A stretch of 64,000 nucleotides of DNA from an uncultured Desulfosarcina sp. (GTDB lineage: Bacteria; Desulfobacterota; Desulfobacteria; Desulfobacterales; Desulfosarcinaceae), in contig CAXXWQ010000002.1 of NCBI GenBank assembly GCA_963674945.2, forward strand, positions 32,001-96,000. The letters are read 5' to 3'. This document shows positions 11,430-20,923 of this stretch, one piece after another. The position numbers and the translations under genes are program-made. The notes under the pieces were generated by a model. The model was not told where the DNA came from, made no database searches, and worked only from the letters and a program-made list of their open reading frames with translations. Position 1 is the stretch's first letter; the number at the start of each line of letters is the position of its first letter.

Positions 11430-13175
11430 ATTTTGCACGACGAATCATAAATAAGGAAGAAACCATCTGGGAATCCTGTTATAAAGGGAGGTGACATGCT
11501 TCCACAATAAAAACAGGAGGTACCCAGATGGTAAAATCAAGTAAATCAAAAAGCCGTAAAAACCGCAAGAACAAAGGGTTTAAGAAAAACGCTGCCAAGG
11601 CCAGAAAAATCAACGCTTCTACGCCGCATGAGACATGCAGCGAGCAACTAAGTCCATTTGGCGGGCTTTTAGCGATGATCAAATTTTTCGATTTGATCGA
11701 TTTCAAACAAATATTTAACTCCACCTATCATGCGCCTGTCCGGCAGCCAAAGCTGGGCCACTATTCGATGGTGGCAGGACTTCTGATGCTACTGTTTATA
11801 GGCTTTAACAGAATCTGGCATTTTACCTACATCCGACTCGATGCCATGCTGTGTGGATTTTTCCGACTGACAAAGTTGCCGGTGTCGAGCACCTTCTGGC
11901 GATACCTTGACAGCTTGGGAATTAACCAAGCCCAGTCCCTTCAGAAGCTCATGAGCATTCTGCGAGAACGGGTGTGGCAACAACTGGGTTTCAATTATTA
12001 CCGGATATGCATCGATATCGACACCACCGTCGAGACGCTGTACGGCAATCAGCAAGGAGGCAGGAAAGGCCATAACACCAAAAACCGGGGAAAGAAAGGT
12101 TACCGTCCGGTGCTGTGCTTCATTGAGCAGACCCGGGAGTGTCTTATCGGAAAGCTTCGAAAAGGTGAAACACTCAGTGGCAAACAGACCGCTGCCTTTA
12201 TCCTCCAGACAAAATCCCATTTACCCGGTTGTGTTCGCCAAGTCCTGCTGCGGGCCGATGGAGAGTTCCTGAGCTGGGAAAGTGTCCAGACTGCAAGACA
12301 CTGCGGCTATGACTTCATCATCGCCAACAAGAGATGCGACCCGCCCTTTGATCCGAGAGGTTGGTATCGGCCCTGGAAACGCAAGGATGTTGAGTATAAC
12401 AGCTGCGTCTATCAGCCCCTTGGTTGGGATACCCCGTGCCGGTTTGTGGCCATGCGTATACCGAAAGCCAAATCAACTTCAAACCAGCAAGTGCAATGCC
12501 TACTCTTTGAAGACGACAACTATACATACCGGATATTCTGCACGAACCTTTCAGGGCCGGCCCATGAGGTGGTCAGCAAGTATGATAAACGCGCTGACGT
12601 TGAAAACCTGGTGGGTGAGGCCAAACGTGAAGGGCTTGAGGCCATCCCATCAGCAAAGTTCAAAAACAATTATGCGTTCTTTCAACTTGTAGTGCTGTCG
12701 TATAACATTTGGCGTTACATCAAGATGCTTGCCGCCATGAGCCAGGACAGAAAAAAGATGCCGCATTTAAAAACGGTGGCATCCAATACAATCCGGATCG
12801 CCAGGTTGAAGCTGCTTTTCATTGCCGCAAAAGTTGTCAAAGATCAAAACCGTGACAAGGTCAAGTTCTCCGTACACGATGCGAGAACGCCCGCGATGAT
12901 CCATTTTCTCGACTTCCTGGATCAAGCGCGATTGAAACCGAAGCCGTGGAGACAAGTGGCATGTTGAACGTCTGCGTAACTCGGGAAAATATCATGCAAG
13001 AATTTTTTTTCACGACAATTTCCTTTGTATATGGGCAGTTAAACGAAACACGTGCAAACCGTATACTTCACACTAAAGGCAACGATCATGTGTTAGAGTA
13101 GAAAACGAACTCTTCGTCATTTTGAAAAAATTGGCCACCGTGGCCAATTAAAGCTAATTGCGTGCAAAATTCAGG
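11425..13175 (+). mobile_element. IS1380-family insertion sequence
   Basis: IRs CCTAAATTTTGCACG / CGTGCAAAATTCAGG (14/15 match); 5-bp target duplication TATTT at 11420-11424 and 13176-13180; one transposase ORF. Confidence 0.93.
11528..12967 (+). CDS. IS1380-family DDE transposase
   Basis: Motifs IDIDTT, GYRPV, LRADGEF and YDKRADVENLVGEAK; 479 aa. Confidence 0.92.
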   Translation: MVKSSKSKSRKNRKNKGFKKNAAKARKINASTPHETCSEQLSPFGGLLAMIKFFDLIDFKQIFNSTYHAPVRQPKLGHYSMVAGLLMLLFIGFNRIWHFTYIRLDAMLCGFFRLTKLPVSSTFWRYLDSLGINQAQSLQKLMSILRERVWQQLGFNYYRICIDIDTTVETLYGNQQGGRKGHNTKNRGKKGYRPVLCFIEQTRECLIGKLRKGETLSGKQTAAFILQTKSHLPGCVRQVLLRADGEFLSWESVQTARHCGYDFIIANKRCDPPFDPRGWYRPWKRKDVEYNSCVYQPLGWDTPCRFVAMRIPKAKSTSNQQVQCLLFEDDNYTYRIFCTNLSGPAHEVVSKYDKRADVENLVGEAKREGLEAIPSAKFKNNYAFFQLVVLSYNIWRYIKMLAAMSQDRKKMPHLKTVASNTIRIARLKLLFIAAKVVKDQNRDKVKFSVHDARTPAMIHFLDFLDQARLKPKPWRQVAC

Positions 13176-13833
13176 TATTTACATTTACCACACTGACCAT
13201 CTGGGAACCCCGCAAAAGATGACCGATAGCAGCGGGACGGTGGTTTGGGCTGCGGATTACAAACCGTTTGGTCAGGTGGATTGGACGATTGTTTGGCCGC
13301 CTGATTATGGTGGTATTACGGTCAATACTATTGAGAATAACTTGCGGTTGGCGGGCCAATATTACGATGCCGAGACCGGTCTGCACTACAACTACCACCG
13401 ATATTATCATCCGGCTACTGGGAGGTACCTGACGCCTGATCCGATTGGGTTGTTGGGTGGCATCAACTTGTATTCGTACGTCCAAAATAATCCGATTAAT
13501 TTTATTGATCCGTTGGGGTTATTTTCTTGGGGCTTTGGTGGAACAATAGGTCCAGTAACAATTAGCTGGGATTCTTCAAAGCCCACGAAAACGAATACTT
13601 CCTTTGTGAGTGACCTTGAGATAGGCGGAGGCTTTTCTTTCACATTTGACCACCCATTTCCTGATTCCAATCCACCAACTACCCCCTTTGACGTAAATGT
13701 TGGGCCAAGCAGATGGATAGGCTTTTCAACAGATGGGGATAAATTCAGTATAAAAATAGGATTAGGGGTTGGGTTAACGCCGATTGATATCTCATCAAAA
13801 GGGGAAGATTCTCAGAATGGTGGCTGCGAATGA
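13162..13833 (+). pseudogene. Rhs core plus C-terminal toxin domain (C-terminal part of the split gene)
   Basis: YHTDHLGTP, GQYYDAETGLHYNYHRYY, PDPIGLLGGINLYSY and DPLGL, followed by a ~100-aa Gly-rich tip; in frame with the N-terminal part once the IS is removed. Confidence 0.9.
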
Positions 13834-14033
13834 AACAATATTTACCAATAATATTTGCTATAATTTCTGGCTGCTGTCTGTTGATTATTGCAATTAGAAA
13901 TAAGATTCCGTTTTTTGGGGGCCTATTATCTCCTAAGATTAAAATTCAATTAAGCAGAACAGATAAGTATCTTTCTCTGTTCGCACTTTTGTTTTTTTTA
14001 TTTTCTCTTTTATTGGTTTGTTTAAATTACTAG
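13830..14033 (+). CDS. putative immunity protein (two transmembrane helices)
   Basis: 67 aa, very AT-rich, ATGA overlap with the Rhs stop; two hydrophobic segments. Confidence 0.65.
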   Translation: MKQYLPIIFAIISGCCLLIIAIRNKIPFFGGLLSPKIKIQLSRTDKYLSLFALLFFLFSLLLVCLNY

Positions 14034-14499
14034 CGTCATAGGATGGTTTGAGGAAAAAAAACCAGCAAAAGAAATGAAAACCGGCGGTTGAGGAGATCAT
14101 TTTTCTCCTTTAACAGCCTTTTTTATCAAAATCGATCCAATCCTTCAGGGCCATAGAAAAAGCAAAAGTCCAATCCCCGCAAAAGCCGCAGCGAAAGGAA
14201 AAGGGGCCGGCGTGCTTTGTGCAGGGATATATTGCCGCGTTATCGGACGGCATTTTGCCGCCAAAGCCGGAAGGCTATCGGATAGACAAAATTCTGTACG
14301 ATAACGGCTCAATATGTACGGGTGCACAAAGCATGACGGCCCCGTAGATCAAGAACGTGAATGAGGGTTGGGGCAGAGCTAATCCAATGAATTGAAAGCA
14401 TAAGAACCAAAACAGCCTCAAACGGATACTTTTGGCCCCAAAAAAGGATAGTTTAAGAAATAACGCAGCTTCATTCAAAGAAATAGGGAGAATACAGAA

Positions 14500-15201
14500 A
14501 TGGCTATGAGAATAATCGTTTGCTCACTGAATCTTCTGCTGTTGGTTGGTCTGGTTGCTTGCGGTGATGGAGGCGGCAAACCGGAAAACAACATATCCGA
14601 CAATTCCACAAAATACCTGGCGAAAAACATTGTGTTCGAAACAAATGGTGCCTCGACGATACAATCTTCAAACAACTCCAATCCCTTTAATTTCAACCTG
14701 GTGCGGAAAGCATTCGCCCAGACCGATAATGTCGATACTGAGACGCAAATCATGGCAAAAAACGTTATTTTTGAAAATGAGCCGAATTCTAAAATCGAGT
14801 CCGACAATGTCCAGGACGCCCTTGAGGAAATTTCCTTGATATTTTCAGATGTCATTGTGGGAAAATGGAGTATCGTCAATCTCAATTATTCTACCATAAC
14901 GCACGTGGGGACTGGCTTGGTTGAAATTTATGACGATGGAACCTTCGATCTGATTGAAGGATCGTTCGCCGCGATTGGTGAGGGATCGAGCGGAATGTGC
15001 ACACACGTGGAAGATAGCCAGAGTTACGAATTTCATACCAAATCCCTAGCGACTTTTAAACACTCAAACAAAGGTGCTAAGAATTCGGTAATCCCCCTAT
15101 TGGTCTCTCTTGAGGAAGATGAAATCGTTCTGATTGGCGCAGGCGGTTGTGGTGCTGGCGGTAGGTGGAGGGTATCCATCTTGACGAGAGTGGTCGAATA
15201 G
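14500..15201 (+). CDS. hypothetical lipoprotein
   Basis: Lipobox LVAC; internal repeat AKNIVFE/AKNVIFE; RBS GGGAG. Confidence 0.75.
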   Translation: MAMRIIVCSLNLLLLVGLVACGDGGGKPENNISDNSTKYLAKNIVFETNGASTIQSSNNSNPFNFNLVRKAFAQTDNVDTETQIMAKNVIFENEPNSKIESDNVQDALEEISLIFSDVIVGKWSIVNLNYSTITHVGTGLVEIYDDGTFDLIEGSFAAIGEGSSGMCTHVEDSQSYEFHTKSLATFKHSNKGAKNSVIPLLVSLEEDEIVLIGAGGCGAGGRWRVSILTRVVE

Positions 15202-15314
15202 GGGGTCGATCCTCGAACCGGTTTTCAGGTGACACGTTTCCTTAAAAAGGGCTGTTTTATCTGGAAAAATGCCGAACGGTGGTTGAGGGCAGAATTACCG
15301 ACCTACAATAAGTT

Positions 15315-15617
15315 TCATTGGGCAGGTCGGAAGTCCTCGAGGACTTGATTGAGCAGAATCAAATTTCTTTTCGGATCGTTTCGATACAAAACAACCCGAA
15401 AGCGATCGGTTCCCAGACAACCAGTAATATGGCTGACGCCCCTGATTTCCCCTCTGAATAAGGGTTTGGGAAAGTCGGGGTAATAGTCAATATCACCTTT
15501 TGTCTTCAGGAAGTTGATAAAATCGATGTCTGTTGAGCGGTAAAGGACGAATTCGTAAATCATCGATCCATCGATACAATCTTCCAGTTTTTTGTATTTC
15601 TTGACAATCGGCATCAT
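15315..15617 (-). CDS. hypothetical protein (last gene of the MCP-V4R operon)
   Basis: 100 aa; ATGA overlap with the upstream stop; EDCIDG and YYPDFPKPLF segments. Confidence 0.7.
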   Translation of the reverse strand: MMPIVKKYKKLEDCIDGSMIYEFVLYRSTDIDFINFLKTKGDIDYYPDFPKPLFRGEIRGVSHITGCLGTDRFRVVLYRNDPKRNLILLNQVLEDFRPAQ

Positions 15618-16759
15618 CCGTTTCTCATATTAGCCGAATCGGCGATTTTCAAAATGGCATCGGCAACGGCATCGACATCCCGATTCCGGCTTAATGCCGA
15701 GAAACTGACTCTCACGGTTCCCTTGTCGGTATCGAGGTGGTGGTGAATGAGCGGTGCGCAGTGCAGGCCGGTCCGGACGACAATACCAAAAGCCGATTCG
15801 AGCAGATAACCGACCTCTCCCGGTGATATGCCATCAATTGTCAGGCTGGTAATTGCCACACAAGAAGAGAGTCCCGACGGCGCTATTGCCTTTATACGGG
15901 GATGATTTGCCAGTCGGTCTAAAAATCGTTTGCGAAAGTCGGAAACAGTGGCTTGAATCTTCTCCCATCCCAATGACTGAATGTAGCCGATCCCCGCGGT
16001 TAGACTTAAAATACCAGGTTGGTTTGGCGTTCCTGACTCATAAATCAACGGTCGATCCGGCGGTTGCGACAAAAGATCGCTGCGGACACCGGTCCCCCCC
16101 GTCAAGAGTGGCCGTAAAGACAGGTTTGGGGCAATGTAGACGATACCGCTCCCAGGCAGTCCGAACAACCCCTTGTGACCCGCGCAGACCATGGCTGACG
16201 GTTTTATCTCATCGATGGAAATCGGTAAGTGTCCAGCCGACTGGGAGGCATCAATTGCGCAAATGATATTTCGGTCATTGCATATGCGGCAGATTTCGGC
16301 GATGTCCTGAACCGCTCCGGTGACATTGGAGGCGTGAGATAGGAATATAGCCTTGGTACTTGGTGTCAGCGCCCGGACAATATTTTGGGGTTCCACGTAA
16401 CCGGTTTGATCGCACGGCACAATTTCCAGGTCGATGCGATGGAGATTTTTCAAGCGAAACAACGGCCTTAATAGGGAATTGTGTTCGATGGCCGTGGTAA
16501 CTACATGGCCGTGGGATAGGTCAAGTCCCTGGACAAGCAGGTTTAATGACTCCGTCGCGCCAGAAGAAAAAAACAGATTTGTCGGGTCCGAAATGTGGAA
16601 AAATCCGGCGATGCTGCGCCTTGCTTCGCCGATCAGGTCGGCACCCTCGGCGCCGGTTCGTCCCGCTTCACACGGAACACGGTCAAACCAACCCGTTACG
16701 ATGTCTTTGACAACCTGCGGTTTTGGGAAAGTGGTTGCCGCGTTGTTGCAGTAAATCAT
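15614..16759 (-). CDS. cysteine desulfurase family (class V PLP-dependent) enzyme
   Basis: NNAATTFPKP, SGATESLN, EHNS, DASQSAG, GHKG (PLP lysine), ESGTPN and RTGLHCAP (catalytic Cys). Confidence 0.9.
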   Translation of the reverse strand: MIYCNNAATTFPKPQVVKDIVTGWFDRVPCEAGRTGAEGADLIGEARRSIAGFFHISDPTNLFFSSGATESLNLLVQGLDLSHGHVVTTAIEHNSLLRPLFRLKNLHRIDLEIVPCDQTGYVEPQNIVRALTPSTKAIFLSHASNVTGAVQDIAEICRICNDRNIICAIDASQSAGHLPISIDEIKPSAMVCAGHKGLFGLPGSGIVYIAPNLSLRPLLTGGTGVRSDLLSQPPDRPLIYESGTPNQPGILSLTAGIGYIQSLGWEKIQATVSDFRKRFLDRLANHPRIKAIAPSGLSSCVAITSLTIDGISPGEVGYLLESAFGIVVRTGLHCAPLIHHHLDTDKGTVRVSFSALSRNRDVDAVADAILKIADSANMRNG

Positions 16760-16774
16760 GTTGAAGTATAACGA

Positions 16775-17368
16775 TCACCGGGGCGTCACAATAAATTCCC
16801 CATGGCGATGCCCCATCTCGATACCCCTGGTTTGTTCACATTTGAATGTGCCATAGCCATTGGGATAGGCTTTTCCGTAACCCAAATCCATAAACGCCCT
16901 GGAAACACCCTTAATCATGTAAGCGCATGGTTTATGCGGCTCATAGGTATCGGCAATTTCGGATTCATAATAATCATACGCATGGATAACCATTTTTTTG
17001 CCGGGTTTCAGCTCGACAATTTCCGTATTTGCCCAACCCCAAGCCGTGAAGACTGCAAATGCGCCGTGCAATACATCCTCAGGCATTTTTTCAATCATGG
17101 GGCCGACGATGGATTTGAATTCTTCGGAGTTGATAATGCCCCAGCCCGTATGGTAGCCGCACTCGCCGGCAGCCCTCTCCAAACCCTTTTCGACCGATTC
17201 GAAATCGCTTTTCGAAGCGGCTTTCAACATTTTTTCGGCAAAGGTGTTCCAGAAATTCGCCGGCAGAAATTGTACCAATACGCCGAAGGCCGGAATCATA
17301 CCGTCATCGTTTCCTTTTACTTTGATCTGAGACAACAGTTCAATGGCGTGTTTTCTATCGATAGCCAC
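16775..17368 (-). CDS. V4R (4-vinyl reductase)-like domain protein
   Basis: AWGWA, PCAYMIKGVSRAF and CEQTRGIEMG...GEF match the V4R pattern. Confidence 0.7.
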   Translation of the reverse strand: MAIDRKHAIELLSQIKVKGNDDGMIPAFGVLVQFLPANFWNTFAEKMLKAASKSDFESVEKGLERAAGECGYHTGWGIINSEEFKSIVGPMIEKMPEDVLHGAFAVFTAWGWANTEIVELKPGKKMVIHAYDYYESEIADTYEPHKPCAYMIKGVSRAFMDLGYGKAYPNGYGTFKCEQTRGIEMGHRHGEFIVTPR

Positions 17369-17900
17369 AATCGACTCCTAATTTTATGGTTACTTCGAAC
17401 TCAGAGACGCGATCACCTCTGACAATACTGCGGGTTTCTCTAACTTGATAAGTCCCGATGGATCTATCGTTGATTGCCGAAAATGCCGCGGCAATGTAAC
17501 CCTGTCCGATAAAATTGACTGGGAATGTTTCCTTCTTCCACTTGCTTACCCATCCTTCATCAACATGCGAGTGCTTCATGGTCGCACTACCGCCCTCATT
17601 GGATAGCTTTAGGGAGAGTTTGCCCAGCCCTGTCAGCCCGAAATATTGCTCGGCAATTTCTCGGCGATCGTCGATAGCATCTACTTTTTCCACAATGAAA
17701 TATTTGGACAATGACAGATATGCGGCTTCTTCCATCGATTCGAACAAAAGCCGCGGTCCTCCCATATACTTTGAGTCGATCGCCAGTTTGGTGTACAACG
17801 TTGCATAATGGTGACAATGCAGTACCGAAGTTTCGTTGTTCACATATTGTAGGCATTTTTGCGGATCAAAGCGTTGTTCAAACTTACATTCAACGGCCAT
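17355..17900 (-). CDS. V4R-like domain protein with HCHHY motif
   Basis: GLGKL, GYIAAAFS and VRETRSIVRGD..SEF match the V4R pattern; overlaps the next gene by 14 bp. Confidence 0.7.
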   Translation of the reverse strand: MAVECKFEQRFDPQKCLQYVNNETSVLHCHHYATLYTKLAIDSKYMGGPRLLFESMEEAAYLSLSKYFIVEKVDAIDDRREIAEQYFGLTGLGKLSLKLSNEGGSATMKHSHVDEGWVSKWKKETFPVNFIGQGYIAAAFSAINDRSIGTYQVRETRSIVRGDRVSEFEVTIKLGVDCGYR

Positions 17901-17941
17901 TATTTTCCTCCACTTACGTGTGTGAATGGTTGAGCAGGTAC

Positions 17942-19111
17942 CTATTTCATATTTAGAACGGTACGCTTGGAACGAATCGCTATTTTACCCAATCGATTAA
18001 GAGAATCGAGCATTCTATAGCGGTCCTGATCTATCCGGCTGATGGATTCGATCACATTTGAAGTAATTCCTTCCAAACCATTGATGGTGCCTTCAATTTC
18101 ACGATTGGCTTGGGCTTGATTTTGAATTGAAGCATTCAATTCGTTGCTGATTCCCAACAATGAGCTGCTGGCTCTGCTAAGTTCTTCCGTGGCGGAAGCC
18201 TGCTCCGTCATTACATCGGAAATATCTTGGCTCAACGAAGATGTCCGGTCGATGTTCTCCATCAAGACGCCATATCCTTTCAGCGCATCCTTTGACATAC
18301 TTGCCGAGGTCTCGATGGTTTTCAGTGTTTCGGAGATAGTATTGTATATTTCTTTGGCATTGGAATCGGTCTGGTTGGCCAAATCCTTGATCTCAGATGC
18401 GACTACCGCAAATCCCTTCCCCGCATCTCCTGCACGGGCGGCTTCAATGGTCGCATTGAGCGCCAATAGATTTGTCTGGTCAGCCAATTCTTGGATCATT
18501 TTTACGACGTTGTTTATCTTTTCAGAGGCTTTTTCTATTGTACCGATGGATTGAACCGTTCCACGAATACTCTCTTCGCCATCTATAGATACCTGTTTGA
18601 GCGTATTGGCCACTTCGTTCGCTTCTTTGCTGCGGTCGGCAACCTCTCCGATGGAGGTGGAAATTTCCGTAATGGAACCGGAGAACGATTCGATGATTTG
18701 AAACTGGTCTTCCATATTGGCATTTATCGAATCCAAAGAGGTAATCATTTCGGTAACTGCCGCGGAGCTGCCGTGGGCGGCATCTTTTTGGCGATCCATC
18801 AATTTCAGAATTTTTTCCACCGACTGAATGACTTCGCTGATGACAACAACAAAGTATTTAAAGGCTTTTTCCAGCACACTTACGTTCATGGACAGATCGG
18901 TCCCGACGTTATTTTTTACCGTGCCATTGTTTCTCAACAAACGCATCGATTGTCCCGCAAGAAAGACAAATACGAAAGTGGCGAGCCCCATAAACAATGA
19001 GTTGCTCAACATATGATGAAGGAAAACGATGATCACGGCAGTGGGGATCGTTATGATGACAGGGGTTGTATAACGCCCGGACAGTGTTTTTCTTATTAAC
19101 CTTTTTAACAT
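17942..19111 (-). CDS. methyl-accepting chemotaxis protein lacking a periplasmic sensor domain
   Basis: QTNLLALNATIEAARAGDAGKGFAVVASEIKDLA signalling hairpin; two N-terminal TM helices joined by only a few residues. Confidence 0.92.
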   Translation of the reverse strand: MLKRLIRKTLSGRYTTPVIITIPTAVIIVFLHHMLSNSLFMGLATFVFVFLAGQSMRLLRNNGTVKNNVGTDLSMNVSVLEKAFKYFVVVISEVIQSVEKILKLMDRQKDAAHGSSAAVTEMITSLDSINANMEDQFQIIESFSGSITEISTSIGEVADRSKEANEVANTLKQVSIDGEESIRGTVQSIGTIEKASEKINNVVKMIQELADQTNLLALNATIEAARAGDAGKGFAVVASEIKDLANQTDSNAKEIYNTISETLKTIETSASMSKDALKGYGVLMENIDRTSSLSQDISDVMTEQASATEELSRASSSLLGISNELNASIQNQAQANREIEGTINGLEGITSNVIESISRIDQDRYRMLDSLNRLGKIAIRSKRTVLNMK

Positions 19112-19441
19112 GAAAGCATCCCTTTTTTGAGCAAGTGAATCAAAACCTAATTCATATATTCTATTATAGGTCGCATGCGGATAGATATTAATAATTGAAT
19201 TGAAAGTTTGCCGGGATGGCCTTTATGTGTAGAATTACATTTTGATTTTAGATGGTTATGTAAGAAGCAGCATGCCATCGGTTGCCGTAGCGGGACAATT
19301 TTCTCGATATCCTCCAATACCGGCTCATTCAGATAGTAAAGGGAGTGACAATCCGATCCCAGTACACGATTAAAGTCTCGCATGAAATTGACGATTTAGA
19401 TTATTAATTATGGTTACTGCTAAATCCGTAAGAGGCAAATA

Positions 19442-19957
19442 ATGGCGGAAAAATTGAATCAACAAGCAAAGGCCGCGAAGGATCCCATGATTCATGTTGC
19501 CCTGAATCGTCAAAGGGAAGGGATTTTTGTCTGTCCGGCTTGTAAAAACAGCGTTTCCAAGGATCTGAGCAAGGTTGCGAACGCTTCGCGGGCGATTCGG
19601 ATCAACTGCAAGTGCAGATGTGGCCACGTTTATCAGGTTCTGGTGGATCGTCGAAGCAATATTCGCGAGTCCGTCAATTTCGTTGGACTGTTTCATTGCG
19701 ATACCGACACGGAAAAAGCAAAAAAAGGGTTGATCAAGATCATTGATATCTCTTTGTCCGGCCTTCAGTTTTCGTTGAACACCGCTCCCGATTTTACAAT
19801 CGGCGATCGAATTACAGTCGAGTTTACCCTGGATGATTTGAATCGTTCCAAGGTTCGTGAGGAAGGAATCGTCCGCTGGACCCATGCAAACAAGGTTGGC
19901 GTTCAATTCGAGAATAGTAAGCGGCATAACAAACTGGGCTTGTATCTGTTTCAATAA
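19442..19957 (+). CDS. zinc-ribbon plus PilZ domain protein (c-di-GMP receptor)
   Basis: CPAC and CRCG ribbon; RRSNIR and DISLSG PilZ motifs; VGVQF. Confidence 0.85.
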   Translation: MAEKLNQQAKAAKDPMIHVALNRQREGIFVCPACKNSVSKDLSKVANASRAIRINCKCRCGHVYQVLVDRRSNIRESVNFVGLFHCDTDTEKAKKGLIKIIDISLSGLQFSLNTAPDFTIGDRITVEFTLDDLNRSKVREEGIVRWTHANKVGVQFENSKRHNKLGLYLFQ

Positions 19958-20068
19958 CCTCCAGCCGTATCTTTCCGAAACGACCTGCCGGGCGTTCCTT
20001 CATACCGATTTGTCCATTCCTGATTTTACCGTCATGGATACGCCTATGGGGCGGAATATCGATTTTTC

Positions 20069-20923
20069 CTATTTTTTTAGATGATCGCCGAGGATGTTGA
20101 AAGAGAGAACCGCCGTCATGATGGCCAATCCAGGAAAGATGGAAAGGTGTGGCGCAGACAGGATGTAGTCCTTTCCTTCCATGAGCAGCATGCCCCATTC
20201 CGCATGGGGTGGCTGAACGCCGAATCCCAGGAAACCCAATGCCGATACGGCCAGAATCGCCTTGCCGAGACCGACGGTGGCCAGGACGGCGATGGCCGGA
20301 ATGCTGGCCGGAAGGATGTGTGACCGGATGATGGCGGATTTGGAAACACCCGCCAATTGGGCGGCCTTGACCCAATCCCGTTCTCTGACCGACAGGGTGA
20401 TGCCTCTAACGACACGGGCGTAGCGCATCCAGCTGGTCACCGAGAGCGCGAGCAGGAGGTGGACTGTTCCCGGTCCCAAAAGACCGGCGATGGCCATGGC
20501 AGCCAGGATTTCGGGAAAGGAGAGGAACACGTCGGTGATGCGCATGAGGCTTTCGTCGACCCATCCTCCAAAATAACCGGCCACCAATCCGACCGTGACG
20601 CCGAAAAGGCATGAGAAAACGACCACGGCGACGCCAATCCCGATGGACGCCCGGGTTCCGAAGAGAAGACGAGACAAAAGGCACCGTCCCAGCGAATCAT
20701 TTCCGAAGGGAAATTGCCATGAGGGTGGCGCCAGTCTGAGGGTGAGGTCGGTACGAATCGGATCGTGGGGGCACCCCCACCTGCCGAGCAGGGCAGCGGC
20801 CACGGTCAAAATGACGATGAGCCATGCGGCCATCAACAATGGGTTGTCGGCGATGGCCCGGCAAAACCGTTTGGCGATATGGCGTTTCCCGACAGATTTG
20901 CGGTGGTGTATGGGACGACTCAT
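20069..20923 (-). CDS. nickel/peptide ABC transporter permease (NikC/DppC-like)
   Basis: Start placed at MSRPIHH (TAATG coupling); PFGND.LGR, FPEIL and GFLGFGVQPP.AEWG motifs. Confidence 0.88.
   Translation of the reverse strand: MSRPIHHRKSVGKRHIAKRFCRAIADNPLLMAAWLIVILTVAAALLGRWGCPHDPIRTDLTLRLAPPSWQFPFGNDSLGRCLLSRLLFGTRASIGIGVAVVVFSCLFGVTVGLVAGYFGGWVDESLMRITDVFLSFPEILAAMAIAGLLGPGTVHLLLALSVTSWMRYARVVRGITLSVRERDWVKAAQLAGVSKSAIIRSHILPASIPAIAVLATVGLGKAILAVSALGFLGFGVQPPHAEWGMLLMEGKDYILSAPHLSIFPGLAIMTAVLSFNILGDHLKK

Noticed and set aside
14145..14478. Hydrophobic minus-strand ORF fragments
   Set aside because: Possibly a decayed membrane-protein gene, but no family can be assigned.
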